A stretch of 32,000 bases of DNA. Source: Vibrio alginolyticus NBRC 15630 = ATCC 17749 (GTDB lineage Bacteria; Pseudomonadota; Gammaproteobacteria; Enterobacterales; Vibrionaceae). Below the pieces are notes generated by a model. That model did not search any database. It saw nothing but the letters and a program-made list of their open reading frames with translations, and was not told the origin of the DNA. Each line of letters opens with the position of its first letter. Position 1 is the first letter of the stretch. The translations under genes and the position numbers were made by a program. This document shows, one piece after another, positions 1 to 10,340 of the stretch. The stretch is taken from positions 660,001 through 692,000 of the forward strand of contig NC_022349.1 in assembly GCF_000354175.2 (NCBI RefSeq). Direction: 5' to 3'.

Positions 1-166
1 AACTGATCAATCGTCCGAGGTTGTAGAAGAGGGGGATAAGAGGGGTAGTTTTATTTTTAGCAGAAGAGCCCATGGTAAGCAGAGACGCGATACCACCACA
101 CATACCCATACAATGACCGGCTCCTACTAAGCCGATCATCAACGCACCGATAAAATCAGGAGTCAT
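1..166 (-). CDS. Membrane protein, TauE/SafE- or DsbD_2-like (partial: only the first 55 codons are in the window)
   Basis: Minus-strand ATG at 166-164. Translation is MTPDFIGALMIGLVGAGHCMGMCGGIASLLTMGSS..., hydrophobic with an HCxGxCGG motif. It lies directly downstream of ccoS and runs off the window start. Confidence 0.5.
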   Translation of the reverse strand, partial: MTPDFIGALMIGLVGAGHCMGMCGGIASLLTMGSSAKNKTTPLIPLFYNLGRLIS

Positions 167-173
167 AAAGTCG

Positions 174-338
174 CTACTTTTTATCACTATTAGATTGGTC
201 TTCTTCGTCGAGAAGAATGTTGTGCCCTTGCCGTTCAAGATCTTCAAACTGATCGCTTCTTACCGCCCAAAGAAAAACTGCGACAGCAACACAAACGAGA
301 ACGATAGCGATGGGAATCAATATATAAAGACTTTCCAT
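174..338 (-). CDS. ccoS: cbb3 oxidase maturation protein CcoS/FixS (54 aa; absent from the ORF track because it is under 60 aa)
   Basis: Hand translation gives MESLYILIPIAIVLVCVAVAVFLWAVRSDQFEDLERQGHNILLDEEDQSNSDKK* with ATG at 338 and TAG at 176-174. It has a single TM helix plus an acidic tail and lies 15 nt after the ccoI stop. Confidence 0.8.
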   Translation of the reverse strand: MESLYILIPIAIVLVCVAVAVFLWAVRSDQFEDLERQGHNILLDEEDQSNSDKK

Positions 339-353
339 GTTTGCTTTCTCTAC

Positions 354-2717
354 TTATTTCTCTTTGAGCAGGCGCAAAGAGTTAGATACAACGATAATTG
401 AGCTTGCAGACATGCCAACTACTGCAATGTAGGGAGCCACTAAACCTGCGACCGCCAAAGGCAAAATTAACAGGTTGTAACCCAAAGACCAAGCCAAGTT
501 TTCTCGAATAATCTTTCTTGTACGCAGTGCAAGCAAACGTGCTTCTAGTAGCTTTTCGAGATTATCCCCAAGTAACGTCATATCAGCAGAAGCTTTAGCG
601 ACATCTGTACCACCACCCATTGCGACAGAAAGGTGAGCTCCGGCGAGAGTCGGCGCGTCATTGATTCCATCACCAACCATCATAGTGATACTGTTTTCGT
701 CCAAGCTCTTAAGGTATGCAAGCTTATCTTCTGGCTTTGCTGACGCGACGATGTGATCGATACCAATTTCATTCGCCACTGGTTGGGCGTTTGAGAGAGA
801 ATCACCAGTTAGCAGGGTTGTCTTAATTCCAGCGTCAGCAAAACGTTGAATAAAGGCTTTGCTTTCTTTTCGGATAGGGTCGCGGTAGTAAAAGCTAGCG
901 ACATGCTTGCCATCAACCGACAGATAGACCGCCTGGCTTTCACCACTTTCTTTGCCTTGAACAAAAGCAGCACTACCTATCTTAACGATTTTGCCATTCC
1001 ACATACCCTCAATCCCTGAACCAATCACGTTTTGCACGTCAGACACGATAAAGTCATCATTGGTGTAAGTTGCAAAAGAACGAGCGATAGGGTGGTTTGC
1101 ATGAGCCTCTAAAGCTGCAGCTAGTGATAGACAATCTTTCTGTGGGAGATCACTAAGTACCTTTGTTTCACAGATCTCAATATCACCTTTCGTTAGAGTG
1201 CCTGTTTTATCTACAACTAAGTGGTTGATCTTACATAGTGTCTCAAACACATGGCCTTTACGAAGCAAAATGCCAAAATTACCCATTCTAGAGGTAGCAC
1301 AAGTGAGAGCGGTCGGAGTGGCCAGAGATAGCGCACATGGGCATGTAGCAACTAACACAGACAGCATGATCCAAAACGCATCATCTGGTTTTGTTTGATG
1401 CCAGTAAAACCAAGTACCAGCAGAGATGATAAGAATCACACCAACAAAGTAACGGGCGACAATGTCTGCAATTTCCGCAATTTTAGGTTTGGAGTGTTGA
1501 GCTTCATCTTGTAAACGCACGATGTTAGAAATCATTGAATCGGCCTTTGAGCTTACTACCTCAAGTTCAAATGATTCGTCTCCGTTTAGCGTTCCTGCAT
1601 AAACAATATCGCCTTCTCGTTTCACAACGTGCACTGACTCGCCCGTTAGCATGGATTCATCAATATGAATACGGCCTGAAATAACTTTACCGTCAGCGGG
1701 GATATGTTCACCAGGTAGAACGCGAATGCGATCGCCAACTTTTAGCGTCTTCACGGGTATCTGATCACCGTCCAGCGTTGTAGCAATTGCAGGAATCAAC
1801 TTAAGAAGGTTACCACTCGCTGCAGCAGCTTTGCGACGAGCGCGCATCTCTAAGAATCGACCTACTAACAAAAAGAAGGTAAACATCGAGATAGATTCAA
1901 AGAAGACTTCGCCTTGTTCAGTTACTGTTGCAACTAAACTTGCAACATAGGCAAAGATCAACGCGATAGAAACCGGGACATCCATACCAAGGGTTCGGCC
2001 TTTGATACTGCGCCATGCGTTTAAGTAAAATGGAAGAGCGGAATAAAGCAAAACAGGAGTAGCAAAAATCAAACTTACCCAACGAAAGTAACTTTTAAAC
2101 TCTGGCTCTAAATCACCAAAGACTTCGAGATACAGTGCAACGGCGAGCATCATGACCTGCATGGTTGCTAAACCTGCAATACCTAGCCGATATAGATATT
2201 GCTTCATCATTCGATGGTAAGAGGCTTCTTGCTTATCTGCTTCAAAAGGTGCAGCTTTGTAACCAAGTTTATGTATAACGGAAAGGAGCTCGCTTAACCG
2301 TACCTGAGTTTTATCCCAGGCTAGTAACGCTCGATTGGTGGTTGTATTAACACGGATAGATACCAACCCGGCCGTATTAGAAACTTGCTTTTCGATTAAC
2401 CACGCACAAGCGGCACATGAAACGCCTTCCAAAGAAAGGGTTACTTCAGAAACATTTTCGCGATTTCGTACGAATTCAGATTGTACATCCGCATTGTCAT
2501 AATGAATTAAAGCTTGGAGTTGCTCTGGTACTAGATCTGCCTTTTCTGCAGGCGCAGTGCGGTATTGGTAATATGAGACAAGACCACTATCGACAATAGT
2601 CTGCGCCACAGTTTCGCAGCCCGGACAACACATGTCGCGAATTTCACCCAATATTTCTACTTTGAAATCCGTGTTGGCTGGTACATCTTCACCGCAGTGA
2701 TAACAGGATTTACACAT
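354..2717 (-). CDS. ccoI: Copper-translocating P1B-type ATPase CcoI/FixI
   Basis: 787 aa. N-terminal CxxC metal sites (CPGC, CAAC), CPC in a TM helix (ATCPCALSLATP), phosphorylation motif DKTGTLT and hinge GDGINDAP. Located within the cco cluster. Confidence 0.9.
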   Translation of the reverse strand: MCKSCYHCGEDVPANTDFKVEILGEIRDMCCPGCETVAQTIVDSGLVSYYQYRTAPAEKADLVPEQLQALIHYDNADVQSEFVRNRENVSEVTLSLEGVSCAACAWLIEKQVSNTAGLVSIRVNTTTNRALLAWDKTQVRLSELLSVIHKLGYKAAPFEADKQEASYHRMMKQYLYRLGIAGLATMQVMMLAVALYLEVFGDLEPEFKSYFRWVSLIFATPVLLYSALPFYLNAWRSIKGRTLGMDVPVSIALIFAYVASLVATVTEQGEVFFESISMFTFFLLVGRFLEMRARRKAAAASGNLLKLIPAIATTLDGDQIPVKTLKVGDRIRVLPGEHIPADGKVISGRIHIDESMLTGESVHVVKREGDIVYAGTLNGDESFELEVVSSKADSMISNIVRLQDEAQHSKPKIAEIADIVARYFVGVILIISAGTWFYWHQTKPDDAFWIMLSVLVATCPCALSLATPTALTCATSRMGNFGILLRKGHVFETLCKINHLVVDKTGTLTKGDIEICETKVLSDLPQKDCLSLAAALEAHANHPIARSFATYTNDDFIVSDVQNVIGSGIEGMWNGKIVKIGSAAFVQGKESGESQAVYLSVDGKHVASFYYRDPIRKESKAFIQRFADAGIKTTLLTGDSLSNAQPVANEIGIDHIVASAKPEDKLAYLKSLDENSITMMVGDGINDAPTLAGAHLSVAMGGGTDVAKASADMTLLGDNLEKLLEARLLALRTRKIIRENLAWSLGYNLLILPLAVAGLVAPYIAVVGMSASSIIVVSNSLRLLKEK

Positions 2718-2721
2718 ATGC

Positions 2722-3198
2722 TTACTTCATTAACGGTGTTGAAGAGGCAGGAAACTCAACTTTACCTTGGATCATCCATTGCTTGTCGTGTGGTTGTAGT
2801 TCAACAAACCATGGCCCTTGAATAGATTCCTCAGCTTTTAGTCGGTAATTACCAGATGCATCCGCTGTTACAAGCTTTGTGAAGTCACGATCAGGAAGAG
2901 TACGATGAGTGAAAGTGGCCGTTAGAGCAGGGTAATGAGGTAGCTTCCCTTTAGCGAAAACAATCACAACATTGTTATTTTCAGAGGAAATCTCAGCGTT
3001 AAGACCTAGGTCACGAGCGACATTCATTTTACTAATATCGATATTAATGCCTTTGCCTTTTTTATAGTAATCCTCAGCGACTAAAGAAACAGAGTTGTTC
3101 GAGAAAACGACCACAGTAATCACAGTCCAAACTACGACAGTAAGAGGAAGGATGATTAGGAACCACGGCCAAAATTGTTTATACCAAGGCTTTACCAT
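2722..3198 (-). CDS. ccoH: FixH/CcoH-family cbb3 assembly protein
   Basis: 158 aa with the N-terminal PWYKQFWPWFLIILPL signal-anchor typical of FixH. It lies between ccoP and ccoI, 4 nt from the ccoI start. Confidence 0.75.
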   Translation of the reverse strand: MVKPWYKQFWPWFLIILPLTVVVWTVITVVVFSNNSVSLVAEDYYKKGKGINIDISKMNVARDLGLNAEISSENNNVVIVFAKGKLPHYPALTATFTHRTLPDRDFTKLVTADASGNYRLKAEESIQGPWFVELQPHDKQWMIQGKVEFPASSTPLMK

Positions 3199-3254
3199 AA
3201 AAAAGTTCTCAACAGCTAAATGAAAAAATGTAAGGCGTTAAATTTAAAGGAAAG

Positions 3255-3277
3255 ACAGCCCCTATGAAAGGGGCTGT
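3255..3277 (-). terminator. Hairpin downstream of ccoP (possible attenuator or terminator)
   Basis: acagcccct-atgaa-aggggctgt, a perfect 9-bp stem 27 nt after the ccoP stop. The T-tract on the minus strand is only moderate (CTTTCCTTT). Confidence 0.45.
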
Positions 3278-3303
3278 TATTGCTATGTTACGTAATATCT
3301 CAG

Positions 3304-4278
3304 TTACTTACTCTCTGAGTTACTTAAACTCCAGACATATGAGGCAACGAGCTGAACTTTATCTTCACCCAAAATGTCTTTCCACGCAGGCATTACGCCT
3401 GAGCGTCCGTTCATTACGGTTTCTGTTACAGCTGCACGAGAGTCACCAAATAACCAGTCTTGGTCTGTAAGGTCAGGCGCACCGACTGCAGGGTTACCCT
3501 TACCATCGGTACCATGACAAGCAGCACACACTACGAAGCGTGCTTTACCTGCCGCGGCTTCACGAGCATTTACTTTACGACCAGATAGACTAAGTGTGTA
3601 ACTTACAACTTCTTGAACACCTTGCTCACCAAGGGCATCTTTCCATGCTGGCATTTGACCAATACGGCCGTGCATGATGGTTGTAACGATCGCTGCTGGC
3701 TCGCCACCATATAGCCATGCATCATCAGTCAGGTTAGGGAAGCCTTTCTGACCACGTGCATCAGAGCCATGGCATTGAGAACAGTTTTGCAAAAACAAAC
3801 GCTGACCAACTTTTAATGCTTCAGGATCTTGCGCAATTTCAGGAATTGGGCGTAGACCACTGTCATTGTGCGCAAGTTTACGGAATGCTTCGCCGAAGTA
3901 AGCGTCGGCATCATCCAGTTCTTTTGCATATTGGTTTAGTTGCTTGTTCTCTTGTGCTGCAGCGATGGCTTCTTTTGACTCTTCTAGTGAGCGAACGGTT
4001 TGAGCCGAACTCTGCCAGTTTAAAAAGCCCTTGAAGCTACCTAGACCTGGGAATAGGGCAAGGTAAACTGCTGCGAACACAAATGTGCTTACAAACAGGT
4101 AAGTCCACCACTTTGGTAGAGGGTTGTTTAGCTCGCGAATACCATCGTACTCGTGGCCCATGTCTTCCCCTTCCTCGACGCCCATTTTATCTTTAGCGCA
4201 CCAAGTCAGGAGAATCGCACAGCCTACTAGCGTACCGACAGTAATCACGATAATCCAGAGACTCCAGAATGTAGTCAT
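3304..4278 (-). CDS. ccoP: cbb3-type cytochrome c oxidase subunit III (diheme cytochrome c)
   Basis: 324 aa with an N-terminal TM helix and two CxxCH heme motifs (CSQCH, CAACH). Its ATG overlaps the ccoQ stop (TAATG). Confidence 0.9.
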   Translation of the reverse strand: MTTFWSLWIIVITVGTLVGCAILLTWCAKDKMGVEEGEDMGHEYDGIRELNNPLPKWWTYLFVSTFVFAAVYLALFPGLGSFKGFLNWQSSAQTVRSLEESKEAIAAAQENKQLNQYAKELDDADAYFGEAFRKLAHNDSGLRPIPEIAQDPEALKVGQRLFLQNCSQCHGSDARGQKGFPNLTDDAWLYGGEPAAIVTTIMHGRIGQMPAWKDALGEQGVQEVVSYTLSLSGRKVNAREAAAGKARFVVCAACHGTDGKGNPAVGAPDLTDQDWLFGDSRAAVTETVMNGRSGVMPAWKDILGEDKVQLVASYVWSLSNSESK

Positions 4279-4451
4279 TACTTCTTCACTCCTTGGTTAT
4301 TAGGGGTCTTTTGTTCTTCGTCAGCAAACACCAAGTTGGCATCTTCTTCAAAGCGTGCTTTACGCTTTTTACTAAATGCCCACCATACGATGCCAATAAA
4401 ACTAGCGAAGAGTACAACGGTATAAATACTATGAATTGTACCGAAATCCAT
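4278..4451 (-). CDS. ccoQ: cbb3-type cytochrome c oxidase subunit IV CcoQ (57 aa; not in the ORF track)
   Basis: Hand translation gives MDFGTIHSIYTVVLFASFIGIVWWAFSKKRKARFEEDANLVFADEEQKTPNNQGVKK*. Single TM helix, located between ccoO and ccoP. Confidence 0.8.
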   Translation of the reverse strand: MDFGTIHSIYTVVLFASFIGIVWWAFSKKRKARFEEDANLVFADEEQKTPNNQGVKK

Positions 4452-4460
4452 ATGATCCCC

Positions 4461-5081
4461 TTACTTCATTGCATGACCAAGAGACTGAAGGTAAGCGATG
4501 ATTGCATCCATCTCTGTTTTACCTTCTACTTCTTTAGCCGAATTCGCGATCTCTTCATCAGTGTATGGAACGCCGAACTGATCACGAAATAGCTCAAGTT
4601 TCTTCTGAGTTAGCTTACCGTCTAAAACGTTTTCAGCTAGCCACGGGAAACCTGGCATGTTTGACTCAGGTACAAGCTCACGAGGATCTAACAGGTGAAC
4701 ACGGTGCCATTCGTCAGAATAACGACCACCAACACGAGCTAAATCCGGGCCTGTACGCTTAGAGCCCCAAAGGAATGGGTGTTCCCAAACACTCTCACCA
4801 GCAACAGAGTAGTGACCGTAACGTTCAGTCTCTGAGCGGAAAGGACGAACCATCTGGCTGTGACAGACGTTACAACCTTCACGGATGTAGATATCACGGC
4901 CTTCCATCTCCAAAGGAGTGTAAGCGCGCAGATTTTCTACAGGTTCAGTCGTTTGCTTTTGGAAAATCAGAGGAGTGATCTCTACAAGAGCGCCCCAACT
5001 GATAGCAAACACGATAAAAATAGCCAACAAACCGACATTACGTTCTAAGATTTCATGGCGATTATTAGAATTATTACTCAT
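4461..5081 (-). CDS. ccoO: cbb3-type cytochrome c oxidase subunit II (monoheme)
   Basis: 206 aa with an N-terminal TM helix and a single heme motif [11 protein letters not shown]. Confidence 0.9.
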   Translation of the reverse strand: MSNNSNNRHEILERNVGLLAIFIVFAISWGALVEITPLIFQKQTTEPVENLRAYTPLEMEGRDIYIREGCNVCHSQMVRPFRSETERYGHYSVAGESVWEHPFLWGSKRTGPDLARVGGRYSDEWHRVHLLDPRELVPESNMPGFPWLAENVLDGKLTQKKLELFRDQFGVPYTDEEIANSAKEVEGKTEMDAIIAYLQSLGHAMK

Positions 5082-5093
5082 TCTTAAATCTCC

Positions 5094-6527
5094 TTATGCC
5101 GGATGTGGGATAGCTTTTAGGCTTTCTTTAGGTGCACTTACCGTTTTGTACGTGTTGTATGCCATTAGGAACATACCAGATAGGAAGATAAATCCGCCTA
5201 GGAAACGTACAAAGTAGAACGGATAAGACGCTTCTACAGATTCAACAAAACTGTAAGTTAGCGTACCGTCAGAGTTAACCGCGCGCCACATAAGACCTTG
5301 CATTACACCAGAGATCCACATCGCAACGATGTAAAGAACGGTACCGATTGTTGCTAGCCAGAAATGCACATTAACTAGACCAACAGAGTACATACGCTCT
5401 TGGCCAAATAGGCGAGGTACCAAGTGATATACAGAGCCGATAGAAACCATCGCAACCCAACCTAACGCACCAGAGTGAACGTGACCAATGGTCCAGTCTG
5501 TGTAGTGAGAAAGTGCGTTAACCGTCTTAATCGACATCATCGGGCCTTCAAAGGTAGACATACCGTAGAACGACAGTGAAACGATTAGGAAACGTAGGAT
5601 AGGGTCATAACGAAGCTTATGCCATGCACCAGATAACGTCATAATACCGTTGATCATACCACCCCAAGAAGGAGCAAATAGAACCAGCGACATAACCATA
5701 CCTAGAGACTGAGTCCAGTCTGGTAGCGCTGTATAATGAAGGTGGTGAGGGCCTGCCCAAATATATAGAGAAATAAGTGCCCAGAAGTGAACGATAGATA
5801 GACGGTAAGAATAAACAGGACGTTCTGCTTGTTTAGGAACGAAGTAGTACATCATACCTAGGAAACCAGCGGTCAGTAGGAAACCTACCGCATTGTGTCC
5901 ATACCACCACTGAACCATCGCATCCACTGCGCCCGAGTAAATCGAGTAAGATTTACCAAGTGACACAGGAATAGCCATGCTGTTCACGATGTGAAGTACT
6001 GCTACTGTGATAATAAAGGCACCGAAGAACCAGTTTGCCACATAAATATGTGACGTGTTTCGCTTCACTAGTGTGCCGAAGAACACCACCGCATATGATA
6101 CCCATACTAGCGCAATTGCGATATCAATAGGCCATTCTAGCTCAGCATACTCTTTACCCGATGTTAAACCGAGAGGCAAAGTAATGGCTGCTGCCAGGAT
6201 GATTGCTTGCCAACCCCAAAAGGTGAAGGCAACGAGTGGGCCACCAAAAAGACGTGTTTGACATGTGCGCTGTACAACATAATAAGACGTTGCGAACAGA
6301 GCACTGGTACCAAACGCAAAAATTACCGCATTAGTATGCAGTGGACGTAAGCGACTGTACGTCAACCACGGCGTATCAAAGTTTAGCTGTGGCCAAACTA
6401 ATTGAGCGGCAATCAAAACACCAACAGCCATACCAACTATGCCCCATAAAATGGTCACAAGGGTAAATTGGCGAACGACTGTATAGTTGTAGTTTTGTTC
6501 AAGCTGCTTTACTTGGCTCATTTGCAT
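5094..6527 (-). CDS. ccoN: cbb3-type cytochrome c oxidase catalytic subunit I
   Basis: 477 aa polytopic membrane protein carrying the conserved [11 protein letters not shown] motif and several His ligands. It is the first gene of ccoNOQP. Confidence 0.9.
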   Translation of the reverse strand: MQMSQVKQLEQNYNYTVVRQFTLVTILWGIVGMAVGVLIAAQLVWPQLNFDTPWLTYSRLRPLHTNAVIFAFGTSALFATSYYVVQRTCQTRLFGGPLVAFTFWGWQAIILAAAITLPLGLTSGKEYAELEWPIDIAIALVWVSYAVVFFGTLVKRNTSHIYVANWFFGAFIITVAVLHIVNSMAIPVSLGKSYSIYSGAVDAMVQWWYGHNAVGFLLTAGFLGMMYYFVPKQAERPVYSYRLSIVHFWALISLYIWAGPHHLHYTALPDWTQSLGMVMSLVLFAPSWGGMINGIMTLSGAWHKLRYDPILRFLIVSLSFYGMSTFEGPMMSIKTVNALSHYTDWTIGHVHSGALGWVAMVSIGSVYHLVPRLFGQERMYSVGLVNVHFWLATIGTVLYIVAMWISGVMQGLMWRAVNSDGTLTYSFVESVEASYPFYFVRFLGGFIFLSGMFLMAYNTYKTVSAPKESLKAIPHPA

Positions 6528-6778
6528 GCTTCCAATTTCTAATTAACTACACTTTTACTTCCAACACGACTTGCGTCGTAACACCACCCAAGTAAACTCT
6601 AGAATTCAAGTGTTATCATCACCTTATTTCCATTGCTGACTTTAATAAAAAGTGGCATTTTCAGCGTGACACTATACTTGAATTAACAATTCAATGACAG
6701 GGTAGTAACCTTACTGGACCTCTGGAAATCATTTTTTATTTAAAAAGTTTGAAGTTTGTAACAAGGATATTAGTAATT

Positions 6779-7135
6779 ATGCCTGCACAAAAGTTAACAA
6801 AGGCGCGACTTGCACAAATCTTAATCATGCTCAGTGTTTTAATAGGCGCATTTTTCTGGCGTACCTTTACACACGAGAGTGTCAATAGCGTTGACTGTTC
6901 ACAAAAAGAACGATGCGATGTAACAATTGAAGGAGAAATAATCACGATTAATCGTGACTCAATGGGAATTTCGCTCGAAACGACAGAAAGTAGCACTCTA
7001 AAAATTGATCTAAATCAATCTGGTAATTTTATCAATCTCAACGAAAAGCATAAGTCAGTAGAATGGGACATCATGCCTGAATCGAAAAAAATCACCTTTA
7101 AAAAAGGTGAAAACATTGTTGTAGTTCAATTATAA
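6779..7135 (+). CDS. Hypothetical membrane-anchored protein
   Basis: ATG at 6779 within the 6749 track ORF. MPAQKLTKARLAQILIMLSVLIGAFFW forms a single N-terminal TM helix followed by a soluble domain of about 90 aa. I recognise no motif. Confidence 0.4.
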   Translation: MPAQKLTKARLAQILIMLSVLIGAFFWRTFTHESVNSVDCSQKERCDVTIEGEIITINRDSMGISLETTESSTLKIDLNQSGNFINLNEKHKSVEWDIMPESKKITFKKGENIVVVQL

Positions 7136-7248
7136 ATACGATCTATCACGAGATAATCGTAACTTATTAATGAAATTAACACCTTCTTACCTAGAGAAAA
7201 TTGGTTGGAATGGTATAACAGCAGAGTGATATCCAATTATAAAATCGT

Positions 7249-8430
7249 ATGCATTGCCAATCAGTTTTTACTCATATTAAAGATGAAGACTCAGCGATAA
7301 AAACGCTCAGGTCCGAATTGACACAACAGAACTTGTCTTACGTGATGTGTTACTACACGGAAGAATACAATTTCGAGTTGATTCGAGAAGCGTTTCTTGC
7401 GCATTTTCCTGGTGTGCCTTTTCATGGCGCCAGTTCATGTCAAGCCGTAATGACAGATCAGGGCTTTCATACAGGACCAGTAATTGCGGCACTTGCTGTT
7501 TATGATACAGGTCCTCATGCTTATGGTACTGGTATTTCTAATCACAACTCAGGTGACAGCGTCACCAAGGCTTTGGATATGGCCCTTGAGAACGCAAACC
7601 GTGTAGGAGAGGTACCAAACTTAATTCTACTTCATGCTACACCAGGGCAAGAGGAATCAATCATTGCGTCTATAGATGAAAGATTTGGAACTCTAATTCC
7701 AATTATTGGTGGTTCGGCCGCTGATAATAACATCGCTGGGAAATGGTCTGTGATAACCGCCCAAGGCTCTCAAACTTCAGGTTTAAGCTTAACTCTCTTT
7801 TACTCCTCTCAACCTGTTGATATCGCTTTCAGCGCTGGGCATACACCAACTAATATCAAAGGTGTTGCAACCAAGACCAACGATAGATGCTTACTTGAAA
7901 TTGATAATGAACCTGCGCTCAATGTTTATAGAAGGTGGACAAATCACCAGGATAACCAAGTAGGTAAAGATAATATGCTGTTTACAAACTCGAGTGCTTA
8001 TCCATTAGGGCGGATCGCAGGTCATCTCTATGATCGCCCATATTACAAGTTATCCCATCCGATCCGTGAGACGCCAGATGGTGGAATCGAGTTGTTTACA
8101 CGAATAGAAGAGGGTGACGAGCTCACATTAATGAAAGGAAGTCGTGAGCATCTCGTTGCGCGCGCTGCAAAAGTCGTCAATGCCGCTTTTAACCAAAAAT
8201 TAGAAGAGTCTCGAAAAATTGGAGTGATAAATATCTTTTGCGCAGGTCCCATGTTGCACTTAATGCAAGACATGAATAGCGTTTGTGAACAAATTAACCA
8301 AGAACTAGAACATTTGCCTTTTATTTGCCCTTTTACTTTCGGCGAGCAAGGTAGATTTATTGGTGGTGAGAATGGACATGGAAACCTGATGATTTCATCG
8401 GCTATATTCCATAAACCTTATGAAAGATAA
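7249..8430 (+). CDS. FIST-domain signal transduction protein (FIST_N + FIST_C)
   Basis: 393 aa. The IIGGSAADN, PLGR and FCAGPM...FGEQG pattern is typical of FIST proteins. It is translationally overlapped with the downstream histidine kinase. Confidence 0.6.
   Translation: MHCQSVFTHIKDEDSAIKTLRSELTQQNLSYVMCYYTEEYNFELIREAFLAHFPGVPFHGASSCQAVMTDQGFHTGPVIAALAVYDTGPHAYGTGISNHNSGDSVTKALDMALENANRVGEVPNLILLHATPGQEESIIASIDERFGTLIPIIGGSAADNNIAGKWSVITAQGSQTSGLSLTLFYSSQPVDIAFSAGHTPTNIKGVATKTNDRCLLEIDNEPALNVYRRWTNHQDNQVGKDNMLFTNSSAYPLGRIAGHLYDRPYYKLSHPIRETPDGGIELFTRIEEGDELTLMKGSREHLVARAAKVVNAAFNQKLEESRKIGVINIFCAGPMLHLMQDMNSVCEQINQELEHLPFICPFTFGEQGRFIGGENGHGNLMISSAIFHKPYER
7553..7565. other. matS site (MatP-binding motif GTGACRNYGTCAC)
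   Basis: Exact match GTGACAGCGTCAC inside the FIST gene. This fits a Ter macrodomain location, with matP and dif in the same window. Confidence 0.6.
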
Positions 8431-10141
8431 ATACTTAGACATATATCAACAGGAAGCGCTTCAAGAAGCGTTAGTTGAGCTAAAGCAGGCTAGACAAAGA
8501 GAACGACTACTCGCTGATGAAAACAAGGCCATTCTTTCCGCGATATCTGCGATGAGTGAGGCAAAGAATCGGCATGAGATATTTACGGGATTAAACAATG
8601 TCCTCAAAAAGTACATCAACTTCGATGATTTTATTGTACTGACTCGTGATGGTGAACGATATCCCTTCAAGACATTGATATCAACTAATAGCGTATTTGA
8701 TAATGTATCCTGGTTACACGGTAACACCTATCAAAGAGCTCTCAATGGTGAATGCATTCTACTGTTCGAGCCAGATAAACTCGCTGAGTTTGTTAACTTA
8801 AACAGCTTTATAAAAAGCCATGTAAACTCGGTCGTTTTAACTGGTATACGTTCAGAAGTAACGCAAACCGTAATCCTACTTATTGGAGCTCAGAAAGGGC
8901 ACTTTAGCATAGAGAATAAGGAAACCTTGAGGCGGTTTCGTCCCTTAATTGAAAGGGCGGTCATTGATATCGAAACCAAAGAGAAGTTACAACGTATCGT
9001 TGAAGTAAGAACAACTCAGCTCGCTAAAGCAAGAGAAGAAGCAGAGCTTGCGAACCGGTCTAAGTCGGAGTTCTTAGCGATGATGAGTCATGAAATAAGA
9101 ACCCCTTTAAATTCCGTTCTTGGAATGCTAGATATACTGAAGCAATCAACCTTGTCAGAAGAACAAATTGATGCTTTGAGCCAAATGGAGTGCTCTGCAG
9201 AGTTACTTCTCGCGATAATCAGTGACATTCTTGATCTTTCTAAAATCGAGTCAGGTCGCTTTCAGCTCAATGAACAATGGATTAACTTAAGAGACACTGT
9301 CACTTTTGTTATTTCTCAGCAAAAACAAATCGCTAAGAAGAAAAATCTTAAATTCAAGCTCAACTGTACTGTCACTAATGACAAACAATTTTGGATTGAC
9401 TCCACGCGGTTATCTCAAATTCTGTTTAATCTAATAGGGAATGCAATAAAGTTTACAGACGAAGGTGAAGTAAAAGTTTCTGTATCTGAGCAAGATGCTG
9501 AACTTGTGATCTCAATATCTGACACTGGAATTGGTATATCTAAAGCAAAGCAAGAGCACTTGTTTACGGCATTTCATCAAGGAGACCGTTCCATCACGAG
9601 ACGCTTCGGTGGTACAGGACTGGGGCTCGCAATAACCAAGCATTTAGTTGAAATGATGCGTGGCAAGATTGCCGTTAAAAGTGATGAGCATGTTGGTTCA
9701 ACCTTTACGATTTCGATTCCAGTTTTGACTCGTTGTAATCAAAATCGTCCAGTTAGAATCGAAACCAATCAACCGACAAAAGCAATGGAACTTCTCGTCG
9801 TAGAAGATACCGAGTCGAATCAGTTCGTAATAAAGCTTATCTTAAATAAGCTTGGCCATAATGTTCATATCGCAAGCCATGGAGCAGAGGCATTAACATT
9901 TTTAGAAGAGAATGAGGATTTAATCGATTTGATTCTCATGGATGTCTCGATGCCAGTGATGGATGGAATTACCGCAACAAGACTTATTCGAGATAAAGGT
10001 CTCAGGACCCCAATTATAGCGTTAACTGCACATGCGCTAGAAAGCGATAGAGATAAATGCCTGGATGCCGGTATGGACGGATTCATTTCTAAGCCAGTTA
10101 GAAGACAAGATATCTTTGAAGCTATACAGTCATTTCAATAA
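8420..10141 (+). CDS. Cytoplasmic hybrid sensor histidine kinase / response regulator
   Basis: 573 aa. H-box SHEIRTPLN; ATPase boxes [20 protein letters not shown]; C-terminal receiver domain ([13 protein letters not shown] ... SKP). No TM segments. Its start overlaps the FIST stop by 11 nt. Confidence 0.85.
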   Translation: MKDKYLDIYQQEALQEALVELKQARQRERLLADENKAILSAISAMSEAKNRHEIFTGLNNVLKKYINFDDFIVLTRDGERYPFKTLISTNSVFDNVSWLHGNTYQRALNGECILLFEPDKLAEFVNLNSFIKSHVNSVVLTGIRSEVTQTVILLIGAQKGHFSIENKETLRRFRPLIERAVIDIETKEKLQRIVEVRTTQLAKAREEAELANRSKSEFLAMMSHEIRTPLNSVLGMLDILKQSTLSEEQIDALSQMECSAELLLAIISDILDLSKIESGRFQLNEQWINLRDTVTFVISQQKQIAKKKNLKFKLNCTVTNDKQFWIDSTRLSQILFNLIGNAIKFTDEGEVKVSVSEQDAELVISISDTGIGISKAKQEHLFTAFHQGDRSITRRFGGTGLGLAITKHLVEMMRGKIAVKSDEHVGSTFTISIPVLTRCNQNRPVRIETNQPTKAMELLVVEDTESNQFVIKLILNKLGHNVHIASHGAEALTFLEENEDLIDLILMDVSMPVMDGITATRLIRDKGLRTPIIALTAHALESDRDKCLDAGMDGFISKPVRRQDIFEAIQSFQ

Positions 10142-10152
10142 GTAAAAAGGCG

Positions 10153-10198
10153 TTAATATAGATCTTAACAATCGATAGATTATTAAGATCTATATTAA
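10153..10198 (+). terminator. 16-bp perfect inverted repeat after the kinase gene (probable terminator)
   Basis: TTAATATAGATCTTAA - 14 nt - TTAAGATCTATATTAA, beginning 12 nt after the stop and followed by the T-rich sequence gtatttta. Confidence 0.45.
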
Positions 10199-10312
10199 GT
10201 ATTTTATGGTAAATAACCATTATGTTTAATGCTCACAGTAAGGCCCTTAAATTTAAAATCTGCAGGGGAATAGGAGCATACTCAGACAACATTTAGCGTA
10301 CGGCGATATACA

Positions 10313-10340
10313 ATTTAACATAACACATATAATGCGCACT
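10313..10340. other. dif: dif-type XerC/XerD recombination site, forming the left junction of the prophage
   Basis: ATTTAACATAA-CACATA-TAATGCGCACT with canonical 11-6-11 architecture. Both arms match the Vibrio/E. coli dif arms as I remember them. Confidence 0.85.

Noticed and set aside
6678-6694. Perfect palindrome TTGAATT-AAC-AATTCAA about 150 bp upstream of ccoN, considered as an FNR/CRP-type box for the microaerobic oxidase operon
   Set aside because: The core spacing is TGA-N9-TCA, whereas FNR and CRP family sites have TGA-N6-TCA. I cannot assign it to a known regulator, and it could be chance in AT-rich DNA.
9291-9303. Near-matS sequences GAGACACTGTCAC (9291-9303) and GTGACGCCGTAAC (27684-27696)
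   Set aside because: Each has one mismatch in the invariant GTGAC/GTCAC arms (12/13). I list only exact consensus matches as matS.
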